A stretch of DNA of 63,409 nt, counting the filler, from Olpidium bornovanus S191 (Eukaryota; Fungi; Olpidiomycota), in the NCBI GenBank assembly GCA_017911155.1. It is 26 parts of 26 records of this genome, joined end to end, with 100 filler letters (N's around TTAATTAATTAA, not from the genome) between each part and the next. Parts side by side here need not be neighbours in the genome. Positions count along the whole stretch, not along the records: positions 44,789 to 48,419 come from JAEFCI010011463.1; positions 48,520 to 51,308 come from JAEFCI010006564.1; positions 51,409 to 54,641 come from JAEFCI010008673.1; positions 54,742 to 56,340 come from JAEFCI010009394.1; positions 56,441 to 58,149 come from JAEFCI010001920.1; 21 more parts are not named here. One strand, given 5' to 3'. Made by a program: the position numbers and the translations under genes. Below the pieces are notes generated by a model. It was not told where the DNA came from and searched no databases. It saw only the letters and a list, made by a program, of their open reading frames with translations. Below are positions 46,604 to 58,249 of this stretch, piece after piece (positions within the stretch are counted from its first letter, which is position 1; each line of letters begins with the position of its first letter).

Positions 46604-48117
46604 CTTTGCACTCCTCTAAAAAGAGGGGGGATGAACTGAGCGCAGGTTTGGGGAGCGGGGTTCGCGAAAAAAGACGGGAGTCAGCGGGCCGGTTGTTTCC
46701 TTGAACGCGGCCTTCTTCCGCGCGTCTCCTCCCGCATCCCGCACGAGCAAGCAGCGGGCGGCTCCGACAAGCCCGCGAGTACCACGCTCAGCAAGGCCTT
46801 GTACAGTACACCGATGTTCTTCCCGTCCCGGACGGTGGGGGCGGCGTGAGGGGAGGGGCGGCTCCCGGACGCCCCAGGGATTCAGCAGCAATCGTTACTG
46901 TTGTAATTGCAGCAGCTGTTTGGGGGGGAAAAGAAAGGAAGAGGGGAGGAGAGTGTTTCACGTCGACCATTGGGAATTCCACGTTACATGGCGTGGAATT
47001 TAACATAACTGGCCGCGACAGTAAAACATTGGCTACGAGAGCACCATTGGAGCTGATCGTGGGAAAGAAATCAACCACGGCGAGCTGTCGCAACTTCGGC
47101 TGCCGCGCGCGGTGTTGTAAGCCTAAAGACAACAGATGAAAGCTTGATGAAAAGTTAAAATAGCTTATGCTTATTAGGTACGAGGCCAGGGCCGGGAACT
47201 GTCAGCTATTTAATCGAAATAAATGGATCATAATTGGCCAGGGACTGCCATCTCATAAGGACGCAATACATACATCCAATGCCGGCGAAGAAGGCGGAAA
47301 CGCAGGCAGCTTTCAGCCTGCTGAATATCAAATATAGGTTGAGCATCCGTGGTTACGTCGAGCAGCAACAGCGTTGAACGGCGGCGAGAGCGTGTTGTTC
47401 TTCACCCCGTGCTTTGCGCTTTCAGGCGACGCGGACGCACCTGCCACAGCAACCGGGTTGCCCGGATCACCTCTTCCCCCCGGCCCCCCGTCCACTCCCC
47501 TTTTTCGGGGAGGTTCGGCGATTTTCTCGCCACCTGAACAACAACACGGGAAAACTCATCCAGGAAGGGAGGGGCTTTCCCTGGTTCGGCCGCATCGGTC
47601 GGAGCCTTCTGGTGTGGGGGCGTTCTGGCGGCGGCAAAGTGCAGAGGTTTCCGAGGTCGAGCGGGAATCACACGTGTCAACCCGCGCCCGCGGGGCGGAC
47701 GGACGTTCTTGCTGTGCGAGGGAACCTGACGCGCGAATCGTACTGCGGACACGCGAAACCGGCGTGCCCGCGCCGTGCGGCGACCTCGACGCGAAATTTA
47801 CCCCAGCAAAACTTGGGGGAGTCCCATCCACCCAAATTCGAGCAGCCGCTCTCACCACGCACCCCATCCTCGCGTTGCGAACGGAAGAAACATCTCGAGT
47901 AGGGAGGCGCGAAAGACCCGCGGGAACCCTTTGCTTCTGCCGCCTCCCCTAGTTTTCTCCCGCTGGCTCGCTTTCAACATACGTCTTCAAGCACTTAGCC
48001 ATTCGGACAAAAAAAAAAGGCCAAACAGTTCTGCAGGCCGGCCGACAGCAGGGCGGTGGAATCGAATTCGCTTTGACAGCTGCCGTTGCGAAAAGAGAAA
48101 AAGAAAAGAAAAACAAA

Positions 48118-48350
48118 ATGGGCGACGCGTACAAGGCAAGGTTAGCGGAGACTTCCCCGGCGCAACATTTCGAATTTTTTTTTGGATCCCGGTTGTCTCT
48201 GGCCCAAAACCGTTTGGTACGGATCCGATGACGCGAAACGCGCGCAGGGCAGAACGCTTCAGGACGCTCCTTGAACCGCTGTCCGAAACCGAAAGTGACG
48301 CATGTTCTGCCGTTATCGACGTCGCGCGGGTACGATCTATGTGCTTCTAC
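48118..48350 (+). CDS. Possible TBC1D13-like Rab-GAP, N-terminal fragment
   Basis: The spliced read MGDAYKAR|AERFRTLL..VIDVARVRSMCFYG resembles the TBC1D13 start (R...F..L...ID..LR.L.F.GIP). Too short to be sure. Confidence 0.45.
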
Positions 48351-48587
48351 GGTTAGTGGCCGCTCGTGAGTACCGGACATCCGGGGTGACGCACGCGACC
48401 AATAGCTTTTGTTCTCACGNNNNNNNNNNNNNNNNNNNNNNNNNNNNNNNNNNNNNNNNNNNNTTAATTAATTAANNNNNNNNNNNNNNNNNNNNNNNNN
48501 NNNNNNNNNNNNNNNNNNNGGCGGCGCTTTGCCCCGCGACCCCACACCCCCGCCCCCCAGGAGGCGGCAGGGGCCCCCCGGGGGATT

Positions 48588-48622
<35 letters not shown>

Positions 48623-50493
48623 CAGGCGGTCGAGCACGCCTCGATGCTCGAAGGACTTGCATCAGCATGAAAGCCTGTTCCCATCGCCGCACATGTCGCC
48701 GGCAACAAGGCTGCCGGCGGAACTCTGAGAGCGGTGCCGTTACACAATTTCCCATGCTCGGAAGCATGGGAAGCGTCGGCCAGTCCGCTCTGCAGGAGCT
48801 TGAACGCATGCGGCGTGAGACGCCTGGCCGCATGCTTCTCCATCAGAGAATTGACACGAGAGGCAGGGGTTCTTAATCTTCGAAGCCATCGATCCCGCCA
48901 AACTTGCCGTGCAGCCCGCCGTGTTCGTGGCACTTTGAGGGAAAATCGGCGGGCAGTAGGGACAGGTGGCGCCGGGCCTTGCAAAGAATTTTTTTTTTTG
49001 CTCCAGCACAGCGACTTTCAACTCTCAAACCCCGATTGCCAAATTCCACTTGTTCGCGTCTCCTCGCCCGCTCGCTCTAACGTCCCGATCTTTTCTCCGA
49101 ACCGTCTCCCAACGCTTCCCTCCCGTCTTTCTCCTCCGCTTAGTCTTTTTTTTTGTTTTCTCTACGGGGTTCTCTAAGTCGAGTGGTGTACTCTCAGGGC
49201 GCCGCCTTGGGGAAAGCTTTAACGAGGCGGCGGGTCGATTTCTTTTGGGGGCGGAAGAGGGTCCACAACGCGTTCGGGTGGCAACGCGTAATGTGGAAGG
49301 GGGGGGGGAAAGGGGGGGGGGGAGGGGGAGAGGAGAGGGGGGTGGAGAGAGTTAGAAAAGAAAATTCCCAACCGAGCTTCTACGTTTCCGTCGCGGTTGG
49401 GATTTCACGCTCGACTTTTGGAATCTAACGGTGATTTTTTTTTTTTTTTTTTTTTTGGCTTTCCGCCCGTCCCTTTCTGCCACTTCTCCCCGAAGTTTTC
49501 TTCTACAGCGGCCGTCGCGTCCGCACACCCAGCCAGTTTTCCATCCAGCCAGGGTCATATCTTCAGAGCTCAAAGCAAACCCAAAGCCTTCTCCTGACTC
49601 CAAGGAACAGCGTGCGCGCCCTTTCCGTCGTCGCCGCTGCGTCTGGGATGGCTGGTTAGTCGAGTGGTTGGGGGTGTGTGTGGTGTGTGTGCATCGGTTT
49701 GAGCCCAGTAGGATATGGTGGTGACGTTTCCCATATGCGAAGCATTCCTAATCCTCAAAAAAAAAGGTTCCTACTCCTCAAAAAAAAGGCATGGCCACCA
49801 GTGTTCTTGTCGCCCACGTGACTTAACTTCCTACCTTAGCTCATCCCGCTTTTCGTGGGCGTCAATCGGCCGGATGGTCCGAAGCCACGAATACAAATCC
49901 CGCCTTTGGGCACCGGGCCTCTGCGGGTTGAGCTACGGTCGGAATAAGTCGGGCAAGTCGCACAAATGCCCACAGACGCCAAACTGGGGCTGCCACTACC
50001 AACGCAACTCCGCCTTGTTCCGGCGTTTCGCCTTGAAAGCCGACGAAGCTCATGGACAAGATGAGCCGCCACGCGGACGTCCGACCTCCCACCCTCCCTC
50101 CTTGGACAACCTTCAACGTCGCGTTTACCCAGTGTGGCCACCACAAAAAAAAAAGGCCGCCGGTCAAACATGACCGCGTACCAGACATGGCAAGACCTTG
50201 TGCGCCAAAAAAAAAGCCAATAAAGGAAAAGAGAAGCCTTAAAGGAGAAACAAAAACTCTCGTTGTGAGGAACCTGCAGATGAAAGAACGCCATATACCG
50301 TCAAGTCGCACGTGAACTGTATGACAAAAAGCCGCCGAAAAGGAGGGCTCCAGGACGGGACATTGGACGTGTAAGGTTGGGTGCGAACTTGGAAAAAAAA
50401 AACAAAAAGATGTTCATACGTAACCAAGGAACGTGACGCGGAGTCTGCGGGCGATCAAAGGAACGAAAATAAAAAGCAGGGAAATGACGTCGA

Positions 50494-51308
50494 TCATTCC
50501 AGGTGGTGAAAATGCGGCGGCAGTTGAGCCATGCGTGGGTTGACGGGCCTGGGTGGCTGCTTCTCCCGTTGGATGTCGTCCGGAAATTCGTCAGGCCCAA
50601 CGGAGGTCACCTCGGCACTTGGTGCGAAACTTCCGCCGACGGCTATCGCTGACAAAACGACCTGGTTGTGATGGGGAGGGAGGAAGGGGGGAGGGCGGGG
50701 GAGAGGGGGTCAACGGAAGCGATCGGCAAGGCGCACAAGCCGCCCTCCCTCCACGACACGATTGAAAAGATGCAGCGGGTCCTGACCTTGTTCAGAAGAT
50801 CCGCGACGCAGTAAAGAACTTCTGTCTCTTCGAAGGAGATTTTGTTGAACATGGCCGCGGCCCACACCACCCAAGTGAGCGGCCAAACGATGGTGATGTG
50901 AGCTCTCAGAAGTCTGAGCGTTGTCATCTGCTGCCTTGCGCTTCTATCTCCCTTGGAACGCAGCCGGTCCACGGCCCTGTCGATTGCAGAGGTCAGCCAC
51001 CGCCACAGCTCGGCAGTGACAAATGTCAAACATCCCAAGGAAAGCAGACACATTGGGACGGAGTAGGAGGCCGGAAGAAACGAGGCCAGAAGTCGAGTGG
51101 TCGTTGCAACCTGACGCCAAAGGTTCAGTACCACCGTTTAGCCCGGTTCGGAATAATTCTTTGAAACTCCCTTGAGACTTACCGCAGACATGCACTTCCC
51201 GGTAACAGATTGCGCCCGGCCAAGATACGTCAACTCATCGCCCTCCGGCCATAATAAGAAAGCGATTCGCAAACTTACCATTGCTCTTCGAAGCTTGCCG
51301 TTTGCGGA
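50494..51308 (-). CDS. Type-1 (microbial) rhodopsin, enzyme-rhodopsin/RhGC-like, TM4-TM7 and C-tail (5' partial)
   Basis: ..LLSLGCLTFVTAELWRWLTSAID..LRLLRAHITIVWPLTWVVWAA..ISFEETEVLYCVADLLNK|VVLSAIAV. DxxxK retinal-binding motif with the Lys codon at 50787-50789, then a phase-0 GT-AG intron at 50786..50662. Confidence 0.78.
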
Positions 51309-51408
51309 NNNNNNNNNNNNNNNNNNNNNNNNNNNNNNNNNNNNNNNNNNNNTTAATTAATTAANNNNNNNNNNNNNNNNNNNNNNNNNNNNNNNNNNNN
51401 NNNNNNNN

Positions 51409-52820
51409 CAAGTTCGCGATCATCCGTGATTGGTTGTTGAAGGCGATTTCCACGTTCCTAGGCAAAGATGCCCGTATTTGAGCAAGAAACAGAGTTGCAA
51501 AAAGCAGAGGTCCAACCAGGATGTGCATGTTCACCTGGCCAGCCCACGCGGGATTTCCGGGTTCAGAACCTCCAGTTCTAGCGCGGCGCGGGGATATAGC
51601 CCCGGGACCGCCAGACGGCAGCCAACCTTATCATTTTCCAGGTCGAAAACAAAATCCGGGTCGGAGGGGCAAAAATTAAACGTGATCACGGTCGCACCGT
51701 CCGGTCGAGTTCTATGACAGGGAGGAAAGCAGCGGCAAATCAGCTGCACTGCCAACAAAAAACGCGCCAAAGCGGAAACATATTACTTACTCTTCAACGT
51801 TATAGGACATGCGGAACCGTCGTTCCAGCTGGCGAAGTTCAGCTTCGCGAGCTTCTTCGGGATTCCCCTTTTAAGTAAATTTAAAGGTAAGTCAGAAAAC
51901 GCGACTTTACCCAGCACGGTGGCACGTGTGGCTCGCCACGCACATACTCTTTCCTGCGCACGAGGCCTAAACACTGGTCTTCGAGGAACCGGCTCCCGTG
52001 GACGGATGACTGTCGTTGCAACACTTGTAGTTGCCCTTTCCTTAGCGATAGGCGGCGTCGCCGCCTTGTGGCTCCTGCTCTGCTGCACATCAAAGTATAA
52101 CGTCAGACGCCAAGCGATTGACTCGAGTTTCAAAGTATCCGTCCGTCAACCCTCTGTTTCTGGAATCGGTGGTTGTGTATGGCGTTCAAGCCGACGCGGA
52201 GAGTCTTCGCCTCTGTGCGTACCGGGCCGATCGGCCTCAAACCGCGGCCGGGTCAGATTGTTTTGGTACTGCGTGCACGACGGATGCCGGGCTCCTGGCC
52301 GTCTGGCGGTTTTCTCCAGCTGCATTTGCGGTCCTTTTGCGGTCACCGGTTGAGAAATGCTGGGTATCCGCTCGGACGGTTCCACACTATCCAACGCAGG
52401 GGCGTCGTGGCGTCCCTGCGCCTTCGCCGACGTGGCGTCGGGCAGTGTCCGCGAGTTCCTCGCGGCAGGTTGCGCCAAGTGCGCGTACGGACAGCCGTTG
52501 CCGGCGCGGCAACCACCCGGCCGGTTGAAGAAGCGGCATCTAACGTTTGCCCTGCCAGGCCTGCCGGCGAGGTCTCCAGATCCGGACGAAGTGGCATCGT
52601 CTCCAATACCCGGCGGCCGGGCAGGAGGAGGACGTCTCGAACGATTCCGACGGTCGTCACTGCGAGATTGACCGTCGTTGGCCTTGGCGGTGTCGGCCCT
52701 AGCGGTGTCGGCCCCGGTGGTGTCGGCCCCAGCGGTGTCTGCCCCAGCGAAACCGCACGCGGCGGAGTTCGGCGGAGCTGTGAACGACACGGCGTTTGTC
52801 GCGGGAGTTGCCGGCGCCAT
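51409..52820 (-). CDS. CCCH zinc finger plus RWD-like domain protein (fungal family), 3' partial
   Basis: CRFFNRPGGCRAGNGCPYAH (CCCH); TVITFNFCPSDPDFVFDL..CRLAVPGLYP..LEVLNPEIPRG. Confidence 0.55.
52687..52746. repeat. 15-bp coding minisatellite, 4 copies
   Basis: The unit GCGGTGTCGGCCCCA encodes (A/T)GADT-like repeats on the minus strand. Confidence 0.9.
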
Positions 52821-53637
52821 GGTCGCCGTCTTGAAAACCCGACGCCGCGCGTTCCCGCAGGCTCTCGACGCCGCTGGACGGGTGAGCTCTTTCCGCCCTA
52901 CTTGCACAACCTTCCTTCCCCGGAAATGCCCGCTGCCGAAACCCTTCCCTCGGCTATTGTGTTGGCGGTGGCGGCTGCGCCTGGGCTGCGCGGGTCACGC
53001 GGAGAAGGGCAGCGAACACCGAAATCTCGGCGCTGAAAAAAAAAATGAAGGAGTAAGCCTACTTCGCGGCGGACCCGAATCGCTGCAATGGAGAAAGAAA
53101 AGAGTAAGGTTTAGCAGAGTAGATGCATTTCGCAGAGGGGGTTTTCATCAATGGTACGGACCTTAAAACAATGCATTGGTGTCAGGAACACTTGGAAATC
53201 CTTTCCGGTGAACAGAGACAGAGGATGGCAGGAGGATGATTGCGTTTGGTTCCCCTCGGTTTTTGCGAGTCACGGCGAGCATATGACAACAGAACAAGGA
53301 AACCAAATCAAGGACCAAAGAAAGCTTTTGTTGTATTTAGAATAGTACAGAAAGAAAGAAGGAATACGGTAACTACTGTGAAGAAGAAAGTTTAGAGGTC
53401 CTGCGTGCCTGAAGCAATCAGAAGCTGCTTGCCTTTGGCTGATTTGGCAGACTTGGCCAACCGGCCAGAGTGCTCTTCCACAGCGGCCACATCATCTGTG
53501 GGCAATCCGGTGTCACCGGAGCTGGGAGAAGAACAAGGCCCTTAAAAGGTGGGCGAAGATTGCATGGCGGGGTACAGGAGGGCTGCTGGCAAAGTAGAAG
53601 ACAACTTGGAGGAGGAGGACGATCCCAATTGGATGTT

Positions 53638-53885
53638 TGTCACGGCGCCCGTTACGGGTGGCATCAACCCCCTCTCGGGCTGCGTCAAACCCTTCTCAGG
53701 GGCAGCCTGCCGGGGGCCGATCACGTGACTCAAGAATCGCCGAGACCACTAGACACACCGGTGTGTCTAGTCGCAACGTCACGTGACCTCTGCACTCAGA
53801 GATCTAGATTAAGACCAAGAACGGTGTGTATAATGCGTGCAAGCGTAGTGGTGATAGAGCCAAAACATCGGCAAATTCCCACCAT
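53638..53885 (+). mobile_element. Partial LTR, same family as the solo LTR at 18049-18710
   Basis: Starts TGTCACGG and aligns by eye with the reverse complement of about 18405-18710. It includes the perfect palindrome ACTAGACACACCGGTGTGTCTAGT (53748-53771) and two TCACGTGA sites. Confidence 0.85.
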
Positions 53886-54641
53886 GAGTCCGCTGGGAGC
53901 GGTGCGAGGCCTAGTGGCATGCGGAAATGTTCGAATTCTGGGTGCCTGAGACCTTTTGTAAAATTGTCTGCCAGATTGTCTTTGGACGCGACAGCGCGTA
54001 GCTCGATGGTTTTGTCCGGGACAGTGTCACGCACGTAGAGGTGCCTGATGTCAATGTGCTTTGATCTCTTGTTTATTTTTTGGCGTTCTTGCGTGATCTC
54101 AAGTGCTCCGCGATTATCGATGCAGAGGGAAACGGGTTTTGTGTTGCCAGAGATGTCGGCGAACGGTTGACGGAGCCACGTGATTTCTTTGCTGGCTTCT
54201 GTCGCCGCCATGATTTCTGCCTCCGTGGTGGAATGTGCAATTGACGCGGGACAACGAGCGTCGGCCACATGAGCTTGACGCCGATTACCCTGTTCCGTGC
54301 CCTGGCTGCCTTTGTTGCGTTTGGTGAGCATGGGGCAGTTTGCGTACCAATGACGTGCACCATTGCAAAACTTGCACGGTGGAGGATTGTCGCATTGCTT
54401 CCTAATTTTTCTGTCGCCTTCGTTGTTGCTTTTCTGTGTCTTCGTCAACTGCGGACCCGGGCCCTTCTCGTGTCTCCTTACATGATCAGCCGTCCGAGCG
54501 GCTGGCGTTGCCGTGAATGGCATGTGATCCTTCTTCTTTTTCAGCTTGAGGTCCTTGTTGATGGCAACCTCTTGCGCGATGTCCAAGGAATCGTTGTGAG
54601 CGGGATAAGCGGAGACGAGATCTGCAATTCGTTGTTCGCGC
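53804..54641 (-). mobile_element. Internally deleted Ty1/Copia element: gag zinc knuckle fused in frame to RNase H
   Basis: CKFCNGARHWYANC (CX2CX4HX4C) followed about 30 aa later by SIAHSTTEAE..WLR..IDNRGAL..KRSKHIDIRHLYVRD..VASKDNLADNFTKGL. No protease, integrase or RT in between. Confidence 0.9.
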
Positions 54642-54741
54642 NNNNNNNNNNNNNNNNNNNNNNNNNNNNNNNNNNNNNNNNNNNNTTAATTAATTAANNN
54701 NNNNNNNNNNNNNNNNNNNNNNNNNNNNNNNNNNNNNNNNN

Positions 54742-56340
54742 CAGCACGCTGAAGAATTCGCTCGACGTGGTGCGCGCCGAATTCGAGCGAACGGGAAGGA
54801 ATCATCTTGAGCTCGCGCAGCAGATCCGGAAAGAGCTGGATCTGACGATAATCGCCTTCATGTACAAGCAGCGGGAGGCGCGGAAACCGGTATGCGTGTC
54901 CTCAATCGACCCGGCATTACCTCCCTTCCCACTCCCGCGACCTCTTCCGGCTCTTTTCCGTTCCCGCGAAGGCATCCGCACTGACGTTTCCCGGCGCGGA
55001 AAAAGGTAGCCACCTCAATGGAGAAGTTACTCAAAGCCAAAGCCCTTGCCGCGAACACCGCGATCAAAGCCAAGGAGAAATACGAGACGGAGTGCATAAA
55101 AGCGAACGGGCTCAGCGCGATCAAGAACACGGTTTTTGGGAAGGAATACGATAAAGTGCGGGTCATGTTGTAGAACCGCCCTCTCGGATGGCAGAACCGA
55201 TAACGGCTGCCCGCCGAACTGAAAATTTTACGCCCGCGCGGAACCTGAACAGACGAAAGCGAAGCTTGAGAAGACAGAGCAGACCGCGCGCACCGCGGAC
55301 CGCGACTACGCAAACGCGGTGGACAAACTCTCCGATATTTCGAAACGGTGGGAGAAGGAGTGGCGGGCGGCGCTTGACAAGTTCCAGTCGCTGGAAATCG
55401 AGCGGATAGATTTCACGAAGGAAACGCTGTGGGCGTACGCCAACATCCTCAGCATCGCGTGCGTAAAAGACGACGAGGTGAGGATCTGCCTTTTTTTTTT
55501 TTTTTTTTTTTTTCGTTGGAGAATCCTCGGAGTGGTGATTTTGGGGGGCCGGCGAACGTTGTTTCACACGTTGGCGGAAATCTTTACGGGGACGGGCGTC
55601 AGGCAAGCGAGAGAGTGCGGAAATCGCTGGAGTTGTGCGACCCAGGGGCTGATATAGACTTGCTCATAACCACGAGGGGAACCGGCTCAGATATACCAGG
55701 CAAGCGGACAGAATGTTTTCTCCCGGGCGGAAAGCGTCCCCTTTCGGGCTCGGGCTGCCGCACCTTCTTTTACTATTGACGTAATCATTTGGCGGAATTT
55801 CGCGGACGCGCGCCTTATACAGAACCATTGGGATACGTCAACTTCTTCACCGGCACTTCGGACCGGGAGGCGGGCATTCTGCCGTCTGCGCCGTACGGCG
55901 CGGCGGCAAGGGAGCTCCAAGGCCAGGACGGCCAGAGGCAATCTGCGGACGCGGGAGGGGAAGGGCGAACAGGGTCGACGGCGTACGCGGCGCCCGCCAA
56001 CTTCGGCGGCAGCGAAATGTCCTCGACCCCGACGATGGCGGCCGCCGCGTCCGGAGACAGCCTGAGCCTGATGTTCCCGGGCCTCCCGTCGTTCGAGAGC
56101 GGGCAGCCGCTCTCGACGGACCTTTCCGGCTACTACGCGGGCGCGTCCGGCGCGCCGGGCGGAGAAACTTCTTTCGACGGCGTGCTCCGCCAAAGGGATT
56201 CCGTGGCGTCGTTCGACGTCATGGAGAACCTTTTGGGGAAGCGGCCGTTCCCGGAGACGCACAGCCTGTACGACCAGTACGTGCGCCGTCCGCTCGACGA
56301 GCAACAAGGAAAGGTCGACGAGCAGCAAGGAAAAGTCGAC
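54742..56340 (+). CDS. Cdc15/Imp2/Hof1-family F-BAR protein (partial at both ends)
   Basis: TLKNSLDVVRAEFERTGRNHLELAQQIRKEL, KAKEKYETECIKANG, DRDYANAVDKL..WEKEWRAALDKFQSLEIERIDFTKETLWAYANILSIACVKDDE, ERVRKSLELCD..GTGSDIP..YVNF. Confidence 0.88.
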
Positions 56341-56440
56341 NNNNNNNNNNNNNNNNNNNNNNNNNNNNNNNNNNNNNNNNNNNNTTAATTAATTAANNNN
56401 NNNNNNNNNNNNNNNNNNNNNNNNNNNNNNNNNNNNNNNN

Positions 56441-56557
<117 letters not shown>

Positions 56558-58249
56558 AAAGGGATGCTCCGGGGGTATATATATATAGCTTTTTTTGTCG
56601 GAAACTGGTCTAGTCCGGAAAGTGGGACGCGGGAAACAGAGCTCCCAGCTCCCGACTGCGAAAACCCCGGGAAACAAAAGCCGGCCAAAAACCGGCCGGC
56701 GTCTTTCACCCTGTAGAGAATAAAGGGGCAAAATAAAGGGGGAAGCTTAGACACTGCGCGCACCGGCCCGCGTTGCCCCTTTGTAGAATCCCCAGCTCCT
56801 GTGGTATAAAATAGGGCTAGAGCAAACTAGTAAACAAACGCCCAGAACACAGAATAAAGTTCTCCTTTCTTCGTCTTCGTCTTCGGCCCGGCTCCAACCC
56901 CCCCCCCCCATCTCCAGAGTTCCAAGCGGAGTGTCGGGGAGGTCCCACGCACCTACCAAGGTCTTACTCGTCTCGACAGCAGCTCAGTGGAAGCGAGACG
57001 GCGCGGAGCGAGCGGAGGCCGAAGGCCCTCTCCGACGTTCGCCTGCACAGCGGGTGCTGTTGAGGACGAGAGGAACGTTTGGTCCATCTACCCTCGTTTC
57101 GGGAGAGAGGGGGGACGTTGCGACACGTCTTGCCTTTGCAGTTAAGAGGCGGGCCGATAATACATTGTAGAATCACCAGCCAACCCCCGTCGAATTGCCA
57201 TCGCGGCATGTCCCCATCCAGAAAGTGTTTTCGGATTGGGCGATACATATCCTCACCCCCCCCCACACACCCCCCCCCTCCTCCTTCCTTCTGGTGAGCT
57301 TGTGGGCGGATACGCAGCAGTCTGCTCTATAATCCCGCGTTGCAGGCGACCATCATTTTGTTTGCGACTTTTCGACGGGCGACGACATCACCCCTGCCCC
57401 TGCAGGAACGGCTTCAAGACCCGACCGGGGCGGGGCGTCATCCGCGTGCCGCATGCGGTTTCGCGCAGCGTGCTTCACGCGCTCTCCGACGAAAAAAACA
57501 GTTTTTGTCGCTCAGAGGGCGAAAAAAAAAACGGGAGGCGCGCGCGCGCCCCCTTCCCAAGTATCTCAACGGGCCTTTTTTTTTTTTTTTTTTTTTTCAT
57601 GAGCTGCCAAGTGCGACGACAGAAACGGTTTTAAGCGGGCTCGCCACCGGGGCGAGGGCGAGTCCCCCGGCAGGCCACCAGTACCCGGCCCCGGTCGTCT
57701 CAAAGTACAGGAAGAGTCCCGACGCGAGGCTGCTGGCGAGCGCGAATCAGCAGCAACTTTCTCGGTTTTCCTCGCCGTTTCTCTCCGGCTTGAGCGTTTG
57801 ATTCACACAGGAGCGGGGCCTGCCCGGGGTCGACGGCCGTACCTTCGAGACCGGTTTTCTAAGGGTTAATGGCCGAGGGGCAATGTCGCCATTGAAACGA
57901 CGTAGGACGCCGATCCTGGGGAGAATTGTATTACACCCGCCGTTCCCTCTGTGACGTACTTCAAAACGGCCATAGGATTATTTTTTTTTTTTTTTTTTTT
58001 TTTTTTGCCTGCCTCACTCGCCCGTAAACATGGCCGTGCCCCCCTCCATCCGCCCCCATCCCGTCACGACGCTTGGCCGGCAATGAAATGAAGGAAGTTC
58101 TTCCCGGTAATTTTCCGGGGTCATCGACGTGCGGAAGAATGACCACGCCNNNNNNNNNNNNNNNNNNNNNNNNNNNNNNNNNNNNNNNNNNNNTTAATTA
58201 ATTAANNNNNNNNNNNNNNNNNNNNNNNNNNNNNNNNNNNNNNNNNNNN

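Noticed and set aside
48622-48984. MULE/FAR1-like transposase fragment (LTPHAFKLLQ)
   Set aside because: No DDE or SWIM motif and no TIRs; the match is too short.
56307-56340. DEQQGKV tandem duplication at the end of the F-BAR contig
   Set aside because: It sits at the contig edge and may be an assembly artefact.
56747-58149. Possible exons such as DMYRPIRKHFLDGDMPRWQFDG
   Set aside because: I cannot build a coherent gene model or assign a family.
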